From contig CAWCNY010000008.1 in the NCBI GenBank assembly GCA_963797095.1, forward strand, positions 32,001 through 96,000: DNA of 64,000 bases. Direction: 5' to 3'. Position numbers and translations under genes: made by a program. Position 1 is the first letter of the stretch; every line of letters starts with the position of its first letter. Of this stretch, positions 37,791-47,490 are shown piece by piece. This DNA comes from an uncultured Chloroflexia bacterium (lineage in GTDB: Bacteria; Chloroflexota; Chloroflexia; QHBQ01; JADMIH01). The notes under the pieces were generated by a model. The model did not search any database. It saw only the letters and a list, made by a program, of their open reading frames with translations, and was not told where the DNA came from.

Positions 37791-40700
37791 CTATAACAAA
37801 CCGAGATCCTCAGCCCGGCGAACGGCCGCACGGCGGTTGTTCATCCCGAGCTTGGCGTAAATGTTATTGGTGTGAGTCCTCATGGTGTGCAGGGACACCA
37901 TTAATTCACGGGCAATTTCCGGTCCGGTCAATTCGGTCCTGAGCAGCCGCAGCACCTCAAGCTCACGCACGCTCAACGGCTCGACCAAACCCTGTCTGAC
38001 GGGCGTTCCATCCTGACCGTCCTGGCCCCCAGCTTTGCCGGCCTCCCCAATCTCCTGGGTCTCCCCAGTCTCCCCAAAAGCTGCAAGTAGTCGAAGGACA
38101 TAGCTCTGCGCGACCCTGCGTTTGCCGGCCTCTTCCAGCAGCACGGCCATTGGCATGCCTTCGTCCACGAAGATTCGGACGTAGCCCTCCGGCTCGCCCA
38201 GCGCCAGGGCGCGTTCCAGAGGCACAAGAGCCGCATCGATATCACCTTGCATCCGGTGGGCGAGAGAGAGCAACACCAGGATTTCGATGACGCTTCCCAT
38301 CCTATTACCTTCTTCCGCTGCCTGCAGAAGGCGCTCGAGGAGGCGCAGTGCCTCATGAATGGAGCGGTCTGCATGGTCGCCACCACCCCCACGGTGCTCT
38401 GCATGGTCGCCACGCTCGCTACGGTCGATACTGTACTGGGCCAGGAGCAGCCTCGCCAGGGTGATGTGCTCGAACTCGTGCAGGTAGCTCAGCTTGCCGA
38501 GAGCGTCCTCGACAGACAGGCCCTGTTCACGCACCCAGGCCGCTGCTTCACCCAGCATACCCTGCATACCCTGCATACCCTGCCTACCCTGTGTGACCCA
38601 CACCCGTGCCCGGAGTGCCGGTACTGGGCGCACATTTGGAAAGAAGCCACCCACATACAGGCGCTCTGCCTTCTGGAGCGCTTCGAGAGCGCCGTCCAGG
38701 TCTCCCTGGGCCTCCCTTATTCGAGACATGGCAACCCACCAGCGATAAGGGTTTTGCGGTAACCCGATCTGCGCACCCAATTCCTTGCTTCTCAGCAGGT
38801 ACTGCATGGCGGCATTCAGGTCGTTACGCTCACGGTGGATCTCGCTCATTCCTGCGTACATATCTACCGTTCCCCGGAGCACAGGCGCGCCCTGCTGCTC
38901 GGCAAACTGCGCCGCAAGCTGCAATGCCCGCTCATAGGTGCTAGCTGCCTCGCGGAGGCGACCCTGCGCAATCCGTATATCAGCCAGAGCGGTTGTTGGC
39001 CCGCCTGCGTCAGAGGCGTTCTCGGCCTTCCCGGCTTTCTGCACGCTCGCCATGCCCTCGGCAAGAGACCGGTGGGCCACGTCGAGGTCGCCGCTCGCCC
39101 AGGATGCGAGTCCCAGGAGCGCCGCTGCCGCTCCGCGTAGAAAATAGTCGTCCTCAGGTACCAACTCGAGCACCCGCCGGGCGTATGTCACGGTCTCCGG
39201 CACATGGCCCAGAGCCATGGCGTAGCCGGCACGGTACATAGCGATCGCACCCGGAAGACGGCGAAACTCCTTTTCGTCTATGACGACCATCTCGACCATC
39301 TCACCTGCTGAGTCAGCCGATGGCACTTCCGCTTGCTCACGCATAATGAGCGGGGTGCTGTCAGCAGCTTGCGCTGGGCCGCGAACTACGGTCGTGCCCG
39401 GAGTGTTCACGGTGTCCTGGGTGTCCTGGGTGTCCAGCCACCGTTCGGCATCGCGCAATCGAGCCTCAACGCCTTCGAGTTCGCCGCCGGCCAGTAACGC
39501 CCCAGCATAACCAACGCTGAGCACGGGTCTGAAGTGGACCAACTCATCGGGCAGCGCCTTGAACCAGCCCAGCATCGTGGCCTCCTGGCTACTTCTGCGC
39601 ATGGCCGGCACTGCCAACTCGACCAGGTTCGCTGCTCGCTCGAAATCCCTGGCAGCCAGCGCATGGCGGATCGCACTGGCCATGGCATCGGGCGCCGAAC
39701 CGTTATGCTCGTACCACTCGCTCGCGCGCCGGTGCAGTATAGATACCTGATCGGTCGTCTCAGCCGTTTCTGCAATCAAATGGGTATGGAGAACTTCGGC
39801 AAAGAGGTGGTGGTAGCGATACCACTGGCGCTTGTCATCAAGCGGAACGACAAAGAAGTTGCCTCTCTCCAATGCCATCAGCTGTATATTACTTCCTTCC
39901 TGCCCGGTAACGGCATCGCATAGGGAGCCACTTAACCGGTCGAGAATGGAGATCTGCAGCAAGAAGCTGCGGATGTTCTCGGGCTGGTGCTGCAATACCT
40001 CTTCGACCAGATAGTCCACGATGTAACGGTGGTCTCCGGCGAACGCCCGGATGAAGGCGGGGATATCCTGCTCCTCGCGGCCCCGCATGGAGAGTGCTGC
40101 TAATTGCAGCCCGGCAATCCAGCCTTCAGTGCGCCTTTCCAGAGCGCCGATATCGTCTTCCGAAAGGTTCAGACCCATCGCCTGATTGAAAAATGCCGCG
40201 GTTTCAGAGGGGGTGAAGCGCAAGTCGGCGGCTCGCAACTCGGCCAGTTGGCCTCTCGCACGCAGCCGTGCCAGGGGTAGCTGGGGATCCTCACGGCTGG
40301 CGATGACCAGGTGCATGTGTGGCGGCAGATGGTCGAGCACAAAGGTGATGGCCCTGTCAATGGCCGCGTTGTCAATAACATGGTAGTCATCCATGACAAG
40401 CACGGAATCGGCCGAAAGGGTGGCGATTTCATTGAGCAGAGAAGTCAAGACTACTTCCACCTGAGGAGGCTGGGATGACTGGGAGGACTGAAGCATACTC
40501 AACAGTCTTTCTCCCATATCGGGCGCAACGGTCCGTAAAGCAGCCATGAGATATGTCAGAAAGCGTGCAGGATCGCTATCCTCTTCATCCAGCGACAGCC
40601 AGGCCACTTTGCGACCACCGGGGTTGGAAGTCGCCCATGCACTGACCAGGGTGGACTTGCCGGAGCCTGCGGGGGCCGAGATGAGCGTCAGCTTACGGTG

Positions 40701-40799
40701 CAGACCCTCGTTGAGCCGCTCCATTAACCGGGGACGAAGTACCATCTCAGGGAGAGGTGGTGGGATATATAATTTGGTGGACAAGATTGGTGAAGCCAT
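37791..40799 (-). CDS. Second MalT-like LuxR-family regulator
   Basis: APAGSGKST, MDDYH, TEGWIAGLQL, WYRYHHLF, C-terminal LuxR HTH. Confidence 0.93.
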   Translation of the reverse strand: MASPILSTKLYIPPPLPEMVLRPRLMERLNEGLHRKLTLISAPAGSGKSTLVSAWATSNPGGRKVAWLSLDEEDSDPARFLTYLMAALRTVAPDMGERLLSMLQSSQSSQPPQVEVVLTSLLNEIATLSADSVLVMDDYHVIDNAAIDRAITFVLDHLPPHMHLVIASREDPQLPLARLRARGQLAELRAADLRFTPSETAAFFNQAMGLNLSEDDIGALERRTEGWIAGLQLAALSMRGREEQDIPAFIRAFAGDHRYIVDYLVEEVLQHQPENIRSFLLQISILDRLSGSLCDAVTGQEGSNIQLMALERGNFFVVPLDDKRQWYRYHHLFAEVLHTHLIAETAETTDQVSILHRRASEWYEHNGSAPDAMASAIRHALAARDFERAANLVELAVPAMRRSSQEATMLGWFKALPDELVHFRPVLSVGYAGALLAGGELEGVEARLRDAERWLDTQDTQDTVNTPGTTVVRGPAQAADSTPLIMREQAEVPSADSAGEMVEMVVIDEKEFRRLPGAIAMYRAGYAMALGHVPETVTYARRVLELVPEDDYFLRGAAAALLGLASWASGDLDVAHRSLAEGMASVQKAGKAENASDAGGPTTALADIRIAQGRLREAASTYERALQLAAQFAEQQGAPVLRGTVDMYAGMSEIHRERNDLNAAMQYLLRSKELGAQIGLPQNPYRWWVAMSRIREAQGDLDGALEALQKAERLYVGGFFPNVRPVPALRARVWVTQGRQGMQGMQGMLGEAAAWVREQGLSVEDALGKLSYLHEFEHITLARLLLAQYSIDRSERGDHAEHRGGGGDHADRSIHEALRLLERLLQAAEEGNRMGSVIEILVLLSLAHRMQGDIDAALVPLERALALGEPEGYVRIFVDEGMPMAVLLEEAGKRRVAQSYVLRLLAAFGETGETQEIGEAGKAGGQDGQDGTPVRQGLVEPLSVRELEVLRLLRTELTGPEIARELMVSLHTMRTHTNNIYAKLGMNNRRAAVRRAEDLGLL

Positions 40800-40950
40800 G
40801 TATCAATTATATACGCATCTATAGCTACCCAAGCTCTGAAGCCCTGCCATTGCTTCAACTGCCTGAGCCTCCGGAGAAATAGGCAAAGGGTAAAGGTGCG
40901 ATCCACGATATCTGCTACGACACGAGAAGTATTACAATACAGCTCAGGTG

Positions 40951-41004
40951 CAATAAAGAGTACAAGGAGCGCACAGTCAATAAAGAGTACAAGGAGCGCA
41001 CAGT
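40951..41004. repeat. Perfect 27-bp tandem duplication
   Basis: CAATAAAGAGTACAAGGAGCGCACAGT x2 upstream of the regulator. Confidence 0.92.
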
Positions 41005-41375
41005 ATAGTAAAGACTCTGACTATTGAGCTACCGGACAACATCCACGCGTTTGGCGGGCGTTCCGGCATTCGGGCTTTTTGTTTGGGTTTGACGGCCAGA
41101 CTCCAAAATCTGTCCAAATCATGCGGTCCGCCAAACTCTCGCCAGGCACGTACCGGCTCACTTTTGCAGCCACCCGCATTCCCGGCGAAGCGATAGACGG
41201 TCGCTTCTCGTTTCCAGATCCGATGAATGACCGAGGAATAAGCATGAGGGTAGAGTGATATAAATGCTGATATACGGAGTTTGCATATCACGGAATCTGC
41301 AGTTATGAACGAGGGATATGCCAGGTCTCGAGCACACCGGGCGATTACTCATGGAGGGTACGAAAGGTAAGGGCA

Positions 41376-41630
41376 ATGGAAATCACTCTCACCGGTGACA
41401 TTGAGAAAGCATTGCTAGCTGAGGCCAAAGAGCATGGAACCTCACCGGAACAATTGGCTCTAGATAGCCTGCGCCGCGAATTCGCGTATACTCTGCAGGG
41501 CAACAACTCGTCAGATGGTCTGTCGGCTCAGGGAAGCGACGGAGCTCCGGGGACGCTGGCTGAATATCTCGCTGATTATGTCGGGATTGTGCACAGTCGC
41601 GAGCATGTGCAGGTCGCCCGGCATCGCTGA
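41376..41630 (+). CDS. Orphan antitoxin-like small protein
   Basis: 'MEITLTGDIEKALLAEAKEHGTSPEQL...TLAEYLADYVG' RHH-like; no toxin follows. Confidence 0.5.
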   Translation: MEITLTGDIEKALLAEAKEHGTSPEQLALDSLRREFAYTLQGNNSSDGLSAQGSDGAPGTLAEYLADYVGIVHSREHVQVARHR

Positions 41631-41650
41631 GAGCGTAGAGATTACACCGC

Positions 41651-42348
41651 ATGGATATCTATATTGCCGACAACTTCCGGCAAACTTACCCACATGCAAG
41701 CATCGGAATACTGGCGATGGAGGGCGTCGATAATCCCCCGGATAGCACCGCGCTTGCTGAGTACGTGCAAGAGTTGGAGGCCGACCTTCGTAGCCGGTGG
41801 GCTGGTGCTGCCAGGGCTGACTTGAACAGGCTTCCTGAATTTGAGGCTTATCGCAACTACTATAAGCGCTTCGACAAGACATACCATGTCCAGGGCAGTT
41901 CGAGTCGGTCGCGCTCAAGGGAAAGACGCTCCGCAGTAGCGGCTCACTCGTCCTGGCGATGTTCGCCGCCGAACTGCACAACCGGCTTCTCACAGCCGGG
42001 CACGATCTTGACGCGATCGAAGGTGGCATCAGGGTCGACGTGGCACGGGGCGGCGAGCAGTACATAGGCCTCGGAGGTCGCGACCTGACCCTGCAAGCAG
42101 GCGATATGCATATGCGGGACGAGGCGGGAATCATTTCCAGCGTGCTGTATGGTCCCGACAATCGGACCCAGGTCAGAGCGAACACCCAGCGTGTGGTCTT
42201 CTGCGTGTACGCACCCGCCGGCATCCAATCAGAGTCGGTCGAGAGCCACCTGGCTGATGTCACACGCAATGTGCGACTTGTTGTGCCAAATGCCTCTGTT
42301 ATTCAGCAGCAAGTCTACCCTTCCACACATCAAGCCGGAGCCCTATAG
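41651..42348 (+). pseudogene. B3/B4 (PheT-related) tRNA-editing domain protein, 1-nt frameshift near 41893
   Basis: 'AYRNYYKRF.KTYHV' joins 'QFESVALKG...TAGHDLD...GDM.MRD...SSVLYGPD.RT' if GGG is read as GGGG. Confidence 0.8.
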
Positions 42349-42434
42349 CTGTTCAACTTTTGGCTATCGACGGAAGTCAACAACCCTGCTGACACCGGCG
42401 ATATCAGGGCAAAACAATCTATCGTGCCTGAAGT

Positions 42435-43579
42435 GATACCGCTGGCGAACCCATGCTCAAAGGCCACCTGCGGCGGAAACAGGCATAAGTGCGAGTCCCA
42501 GTCTGCTTGCCGGTGCCGCAAATGCCGATATGCATGTGCGAGCCATCGGACGATCCTCGAACCACTCCACTAATCGCAGCAAGTTTATCCCCACTGCTAT
42601 CAAGATGTTTTGCAGAGCAGTCTTCGCCGCTCCGATATAACGGCTCTGGCGTAGCCCGCCAACCCTCACACCTCGACTGAGCGTGCCTTCTACCCCTGCC
42701 CGTCGCTTGTACTCTTCCTTGAATTGAGTGCTCTGCTGCTCCACTCATTGCGCCAATATAGCAAAATGCTCTGCTCTTGGTCGCAATGTCAGCCCTCTTC
42801 CTGCCCGTGCCGATTTGGTACATTCTTGCCGTGCTGCACAACCCCGGCATGTTGCCGCTGCGAAATGCACGTGGATCGCCTCCTTACCGCGGGCTGTATG
42901 CGCTGGCGTCCAACTACTGCTTTGTTTGCCTGCTGGACATGTTACCTTCTGCCCCTCCCAGTCCACTACGAAACAGTGCGGCGAATACCCCTTACCAGCC
43001 TGCGTTTGCCAGCTATTGTCATCAGGTAGCGGTCCCACCAATCGCACCTCGTACTGCTCCTTGCTCTCTGTCAGTCGTGCCGCGTCAACATATCCGGCAT
43101 CAACCAAGTGTTCTGCTGGTAATAGATCGCGCTCTTTCAACGCCTCGTGAATCGGCTCTAACGCGGCTTCATCGGTGGCGGTAGCCGTGGTAGTTTCCAC
43201 ATGAGTTATCAGATGTGGACCATCGTCATCACACGTCTCGGTGACATGCACCTTGTAGCCGATCCAACGATGCTCTCTTTTCTTGCCGGTGCGTGCCTCC
43301 ACATCATACGGAGAGATAATTAGCTGAGGCATGGTCATAATTCATTTTTCACGCGTGGCGACGGATCAAATAGTGAGCCGAACCGCGTATTTTGGCTCTA
43401 TTCAGACCACATCGTGAGCGTCAAATTGTGCGTAATTGGTATTTATGACCATGCCTCAATTAGCTGCCTAACAGGTGGCAGATCACCCGCTTCCCGCCAA
43501 TGGATGGATCCATCCTCGGCAGGCGCATAAAATTGCTGTAGCCACACCTTTCGTAGAACCTGCACCTGCGGCAACAGTC
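42435..43579 (-). mobile_element. IS1182-family element remnant (5'-truncated, internal stop, MITE insertion)
   Basis: 'VLRKVWLQQF...SPYDVEAR...WIGYKVHVTETC...DAGY...CPAGK...YKRRAGVEGTLS'; TGA at 42745-47; end TTCGCCAGCGGTATC. Confidence 0.85.
43326..43457. mobile_element. 132-bp MITE
   Basis: 15-bp IRs GAGGCATGGTCATAA / TTATGACCATGCCTC; 8-bp TSD AATTAGCT (43318-25, 43458-65); excision restores the transposase frame. Confidence 0.88.
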
Positions 43580-43876
43580 TCAAGTTTGGTGGGGCATCTT
43601 CGTCATAGACCGCTGTCGCAAGGTCTCGACGAACAGATCGTCTTCTGCGATCTGTCGATCTACCTCGTCGCGATTGTCAAAATAGTAAGCCAAAGCGGCG
43701 TAGACATCGCTGAGAGTCAGGTTGTATTCAACCGTAATCTCAGCGACGCTCATTCCCATGCGCTCATGCCAGATAGCTATGTCGTGCACGGTGATGCGGT
43801 GCCCGGTGATGTGCGGCTTGCCTCCGGCTATGCCAGGTGTTATCTCTATATGCCCATCAAGGACCTTAACGATCAT
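43580..43876 (-). CDS. DUF433-family antitoxin (orphan)
   Basis: 'IEITPGIAGGKPHITGHRITV...LTLSDVYAALAYY'. Confidence 0.88.
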   Translation of the reverse strand: MIVKVLDGHIEITPGIAGGKPHITGHRITVHDIAIWHERMGMSVAEITVEYNLTLSDVYAALAYYFDNRDEVDRQIAEDDLFVETLRQRSMTKMPHQT

Positions 43877-43956
43877 ATACTGTCCCCGATTCGCTTGCTT
43901 GCTCCCTGGATCGATCATAGCACATACAGGTGGAAGCGATAGCATTGAAGAACTGT

Positions 43957-46206
43957 TCAATCCTTCAATACAATGCGATGTAATTCCTCCACAAGGGCCT
44001 CGGAAGCACGTTCCATCCGCAAGTCCGCTACGGCACGAATAAAGCGCGGCACATCAAACTGCTCGACCACGGCCCGGCGTCGCAGCTCCACAGGAACCAG
44101 GTGGTGATATGCTCCGAGCGCCAGCATAGGCTCGTAAGCGCGATAATGCTCACGAAGGTATCGTTCGACCTGTGCAGGCGTAATTGTGGGGATGGAGCGA
44201 GGCTCGTCCCGCAACAGCAAGCACAACCCGACCTGAGACGCCGGCGCTATTGGCAAGGTATAAGCCAGGAGGTCCAGGATCGCCCGCCCGTAGACATCTC
44301 CCAACCAGTGGTACCATATCCACCCGCCGTCGTTCGGGACCAGCGGCGCTGTCCCGGGAGAAAGCCCAAGCTGGGACGGAAATCGCCTGGCAAGGTCGTA
44401 ACTCAGGGTCTGCCTTGTCGAGAGATATCGCAAGGGTGTCGAGTAGGCCGCCTCTGCGCTTTCTCCCGCCTTGTTATCTCGATTGACCGACACCCACAGC
44501 GACTCCCCATCGTACCATTCGACGTTCAGAGGGCGTCCTTCCAGGGTCAGTATGTCCCCATCAAACCCCTGGCGATCAATGCTTGCAACCACACGCTGGC
44601 TATCGCGATCGCGGATCTTGATGGGCGCACCTCCCATCTCTATATTACTGTGCAGGCTCAACGTGCTGTACTCAGCCGCCTGCAGATCGACCAACCGGTT
44701 CAGGCGCTCGCCCGCACGCCATTCCCCAGGCCGGCCACTCGTCAGGTATCCCAGGGCCTGCAGAGTGCCTAAGAGAAGGCGCAAGTCTGTGGTTGAAAGC
44801 ATTCCCTCGAACAAACGGGACAGGGGATTGAGGCGTACAGCGCCTGTGGGACTTTGTTTCAAGAGGCTGAATATCTGCTGGATAGCAACTGATGGGCGGA
44901 AGCTAATCGCTGCCGTCTGTGCCTCAGTCCAGTCCGCTGCCTCTGAGGCCTCGGAGATATCAGGGAGATCGGTAGCACTGTTGACAGCATCGAGTATCGC
45001 GCCGAAAGTGATGCGTTCCAGCGGCGTGCGATAGAAGCAGGCTACGCGGGCGAATTTCCGGCGTCGATTGGCACGCCCTACTCGCTGGACGAACGAGTGG
45101 GTGCTGCCGGGCGGGCCGATGAGCAGCGTCACATCAATGTTGCCCACGTCTATGCCAAGCTCAAGAGTGCTGCTGGCGAAGCAGAGGGCCGCTTCGGCTT
45201 GCGCGAACCCGTGCTCAATCTCGCGCCGCCTCTCCCAATCGAGATTGGAGTAGTGCACGTACACGGCGTCTCCGAAGGGTGACCCTCCACTCCGAGCGTT
45301 GCGTATGGCGGCGGCATACCTCTCTACCTCGGCGCGTGTGTTGCAGAAAGCCAGGGCCTTTCTCCAGCCGCGCTCACGGAAAGTGCTCAGGTAGTCGAGC
45401 AGCGCTCCGACGGTGTCTGCTTCGAGAGCGATTAGCTCGGACTCAATAGCTCTCGCGCTCGTCAGATTCCCCTGGTTCCCTTGCTCGCCCGTAGTTTGCA
45501 GTCGTGTCACCTCGACCACTCGTGCATTCTCGAAATATCGCCCGGCAACCCCAGCCGGTTCCGAGAGCGTCGCCGACAAAGCTACCACTTGCACGTGTGC
45601 ACCGGTCGCCTCGGTTGTATCACCGGCACCGGCATCACCCGCTTTGGCTGCGTGAGCGCGCACCTCTCGCAGGCGATTGAGCAGGACGCGCAACTGGTCG
45701 CCGCGCACCGTGCCGTCGGACGTGTGCAGTTCGTCCAGCACTACCGCCCGCACTCTCGCCAGCGACTTCGTCCGGTTTGACATGAGAGCGTCCAGCGACT
45801 CGGGCGTGGTCAACAGAATGTCGGCCGGGCGCTCAGGGTCGAAGGTATTGAAGTCGTGCGTCTTGACGGCACATGACACCCGCAAGGTTTCCAAAGGCAC
45901 GTGGATGCGTGCCCACAGGTCACTTATCAGGGCTCGCGTGGGCAGAAGATAAAGGATAGTCAAGCCGGGAGTGACGCGCTCTGCCGGAAGGTATCGCTCG
46001 ATCAGGGGGGCGAGGGCGGCTTCCGTTTTACCGCTGGCGGTCGGCGCGCAAAGGATGACGTTCTCTCCCTCCAGTACAGAGGGGATAGAGGCAAGCTGGG
46101 CGGGAGTGAAGTTGCCGTGCCTGCGAAAGAAGGCTCCCCACGTGCGTGGCAAGGCAGCCTTTAGCGCGTGCCCATAAGTCCGAGTTTGCTTTGGAGAAGC
46201 TTTCAA
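43957..46206 (-). CDS. Lhr-like SF2 DEAH helicase (BrxHI-like)
   Basis: Q motif TPAQ, APTASGKT, PTRAL, TTPESL, DELH, SAT, FCNTR, STLELGIDVG, QRVGRANRR. Confidence 0.88.
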   Translation of the reverse strand: MKASPKQTRTYGHALKAALPRTWGAFFRRHGNFTPAQLASIPSVLEGENVILCAPTASGKTEAALAPLIERYLPAERVTPGLTILYLLPTRALISDLWARIHVPLETLRVSCAVKTHDFNTFDPERPADILLTTPESLDALMSNRTKSLARVRAVVLDELHTSDGTVRGDQLRVLLNRLREVRAHAAKAGDAGAGDTTEATGAHVQVVALSATLSEPAGVAGRYFENARVVEVTRLQTTGEQGNQGNLTSARAIESELIALEADTVGALLDYLSTFRERGWRKALAFCNTRAEVERYAAAIRNARSGGSPFGDAVYVHYSNLDWERRREIEHGFAQAEAALCFASSTLELGIDVGNIDVTLLIGPPGSTHSFVQRVGRANRRRKFARVACFYRTPLERITFGAILDAVNSATDLPDISEASEAADWTEAQTAAISFRPSVAIQQIFSLLKQSPTGAVRLNPLSRLFEGMLSTTDLRLLLGTLQALGYLTSGRPGEWRAGERLNRLVDLQAAEYSTLSLHSNIEMGGAPIKIRDRDSQRVVASIDRQGFDGDILTLEGRPLNVEWYDGESLWVSVNRDNKAGESAEAAYSTPLRYLSTRQTLSYDLARRFPSQLGLSPGTAPLVPNDGGWIWYHWLGDVYGRAILDLLAYTLPIAPASQVGLCLLLRDEPRSIPTITPAQVERYLREHYRAYEPMLALGAYHHLVPVELRRRAVVEQFDVPRFIRAVADLRMERASEALVEELHRIVLKD

Positions 46207-46347
46207 GCGTCACGCTCCCGGTCAGCGATCCGACACGTGGCTCAGGCTTTCCTCTCCGGGCCTAAGCAGTGAATTATAGCAGATTGGCGGATTGCTCTAT
46301 TCAGGCAGAGGGTCTACAATGAGGGCGGATAATGAAAGGAGAGGAGA

Positions 46348-46650
46348 ATGATATCTACAACAGAGCCGGTTGATATAGGTAAGCTTATCTCCAGGGTGCC
46401 GGAAATCTGGCATGGTTTGCCCATTATTGCGGGTACCCGGATAACGGTGGCGGGCATCATTAGCTTGTATGACGAAGGAGTAACAGCAGAGGACATAGCA
46501 CATCGCAAGCACTTGACACTGGCCCAGGTGTATGCTGCCCTGGCTTACTACCATGCCAACCGGCAGCAGATAGAGACAGAAAACACTAAGGAACAGGCTG
46601 AATACGACAAGCTGGCGGAAGGGGCACAGCGCGCTGAGAGCCGTACATGA
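46348..46650 (+). CDS. DUF433-family antitoxin
   Basis: 'PIIAGTRITV...LTLAQVYAALAYYHAN'; RBS GAGGAG. Confidence 0.9.
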   Translation: MISTTEPVDIGKLISRVPEIWHGLPIIAGTRITVAGIISLYDEGVTAEDIAHRKHLTLAQVYAALAYYHANRQQIETENTKEQAEYDKLAEGAQRAESRT

Positions 46651-47006
46651 GGCTACGCCTCTACCTTGACGAAGATGCAATGGATGACGGGTTTAGGGAC
46701 GCTCTTCGCGCTCAAGGAATTGATGTAAGAACGGCTGGAGAAGAAGGAACCGAAGGCTACTCTGACGAGCAACAACTGCTTTATGCAAAGGCTTTGGGTA
46801 GGGTAATATACAGTTTCAACCGGGGAGGCTTTATGGCTTTGCACACTCGGTTTCTCACAGAGGGTACGTCCCACGGCGGGATAATTCTTGCGCCTCAGAG
46901 ACGCTTTTCAGTGGGTGAACAATTGCGCCGACTCTTGTTGATCATTGATGCCAAACAGGCTGAGGAGATGGAAGACCAGGTCATATTTCTCAGCAATTGG
47001 GGGTAG
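46647..47006 (+). CDS. DUF5615 PIN-like toxin
   Basis: 'LYLDEDAMD', 'SDEQQL', 'HGGII'; ATGA overlap with DUF433; the usual N..DF reads NRGGF. Confidence 0.85.
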   Translation: MRLRLYLDEDAMDDGFRDALRAQGIDVRTAGEEGTEGYSDEQQLLYAKALGRVIYSFNRGGFMALHTRFLTEGTSHGGIILAPQRRFSVGEQLRRLLLIIDAKQAEEMEDQVIFLSNWG

Positions 47007-47023
47007 TTTGCAGGGCGCACACC

Positions 47024-47269
47024 CTAAGCCATTGCCTTTGATGCGAACTTGGTCTCGTCCACCTCCACGAATCCTGCCTGGGTGGCGCTCATCGGAGGCA
47101 ACGGTTGCCCGCGCTCAAGAGCTACCTCAAAGTAGAGTTCGAGTGCTTCCTGCATGTTCTCCAAAGTGCCGGCAACAGTGTCGCCGACGGTGCCCACGCC
47201 TGGCACATCCGGAGCATAGGCTGAATACCCGTCCAGCGTCTTCTCTATTACCACGGGATATTTGTGCGT
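47024..47269 (-). CDS. hicB: HicB-family antitoxin (expected start codon reads ACG)
   Basis: RBS AGGAGG, then ACG CAC AAA TAT CCC GTG = (M)HKYPVVIEK...YSAYAPDVPG..TVGDT. Confidence 0.8.
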   Translation of the reverse strand, partial: THKYPVVIEKTLDGYSAYAPDVPGVGTVGDTVAGTLENMQEALELYFEVALERGQPLPPMSATQAGFVEVDETKFASKAMA

Positions 47270-47301
47270 ACCTGCCTCCTGAATGTTGGCACCTTTTCGG
47301 A

Positions 47302-47487
47302 CTACTCGCCAAGCTTCGCAATATCAGGTAATATCTTCAGTGTGCAAGTTGCCAGTTCTTTATTCTGCCTGGGGATGACTAACTGGCTCGGCTTCGCTGG
47401 GTGAACATAGACATCGTGCTTCTTGCCATGCCGATAAAGTACCCAACCGTCTGCCTTCACTTTGCGAACCAACTCACTCGCTTTCAC
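47302..47487 (-). CDS. hicA: HicA-family toxin
   Basis: 'ELVRKVKADGW...HGKKH..Y.HP...VIPR'. Confidence 0.75.
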   Translation of the reverse strand: MKASELVRKVKADGWVLYRHGKKHDVYVHPAKPSQLVIPRQNKELATCTLKILPDIAKLGE

Positions 47488-47490
47488 TTA

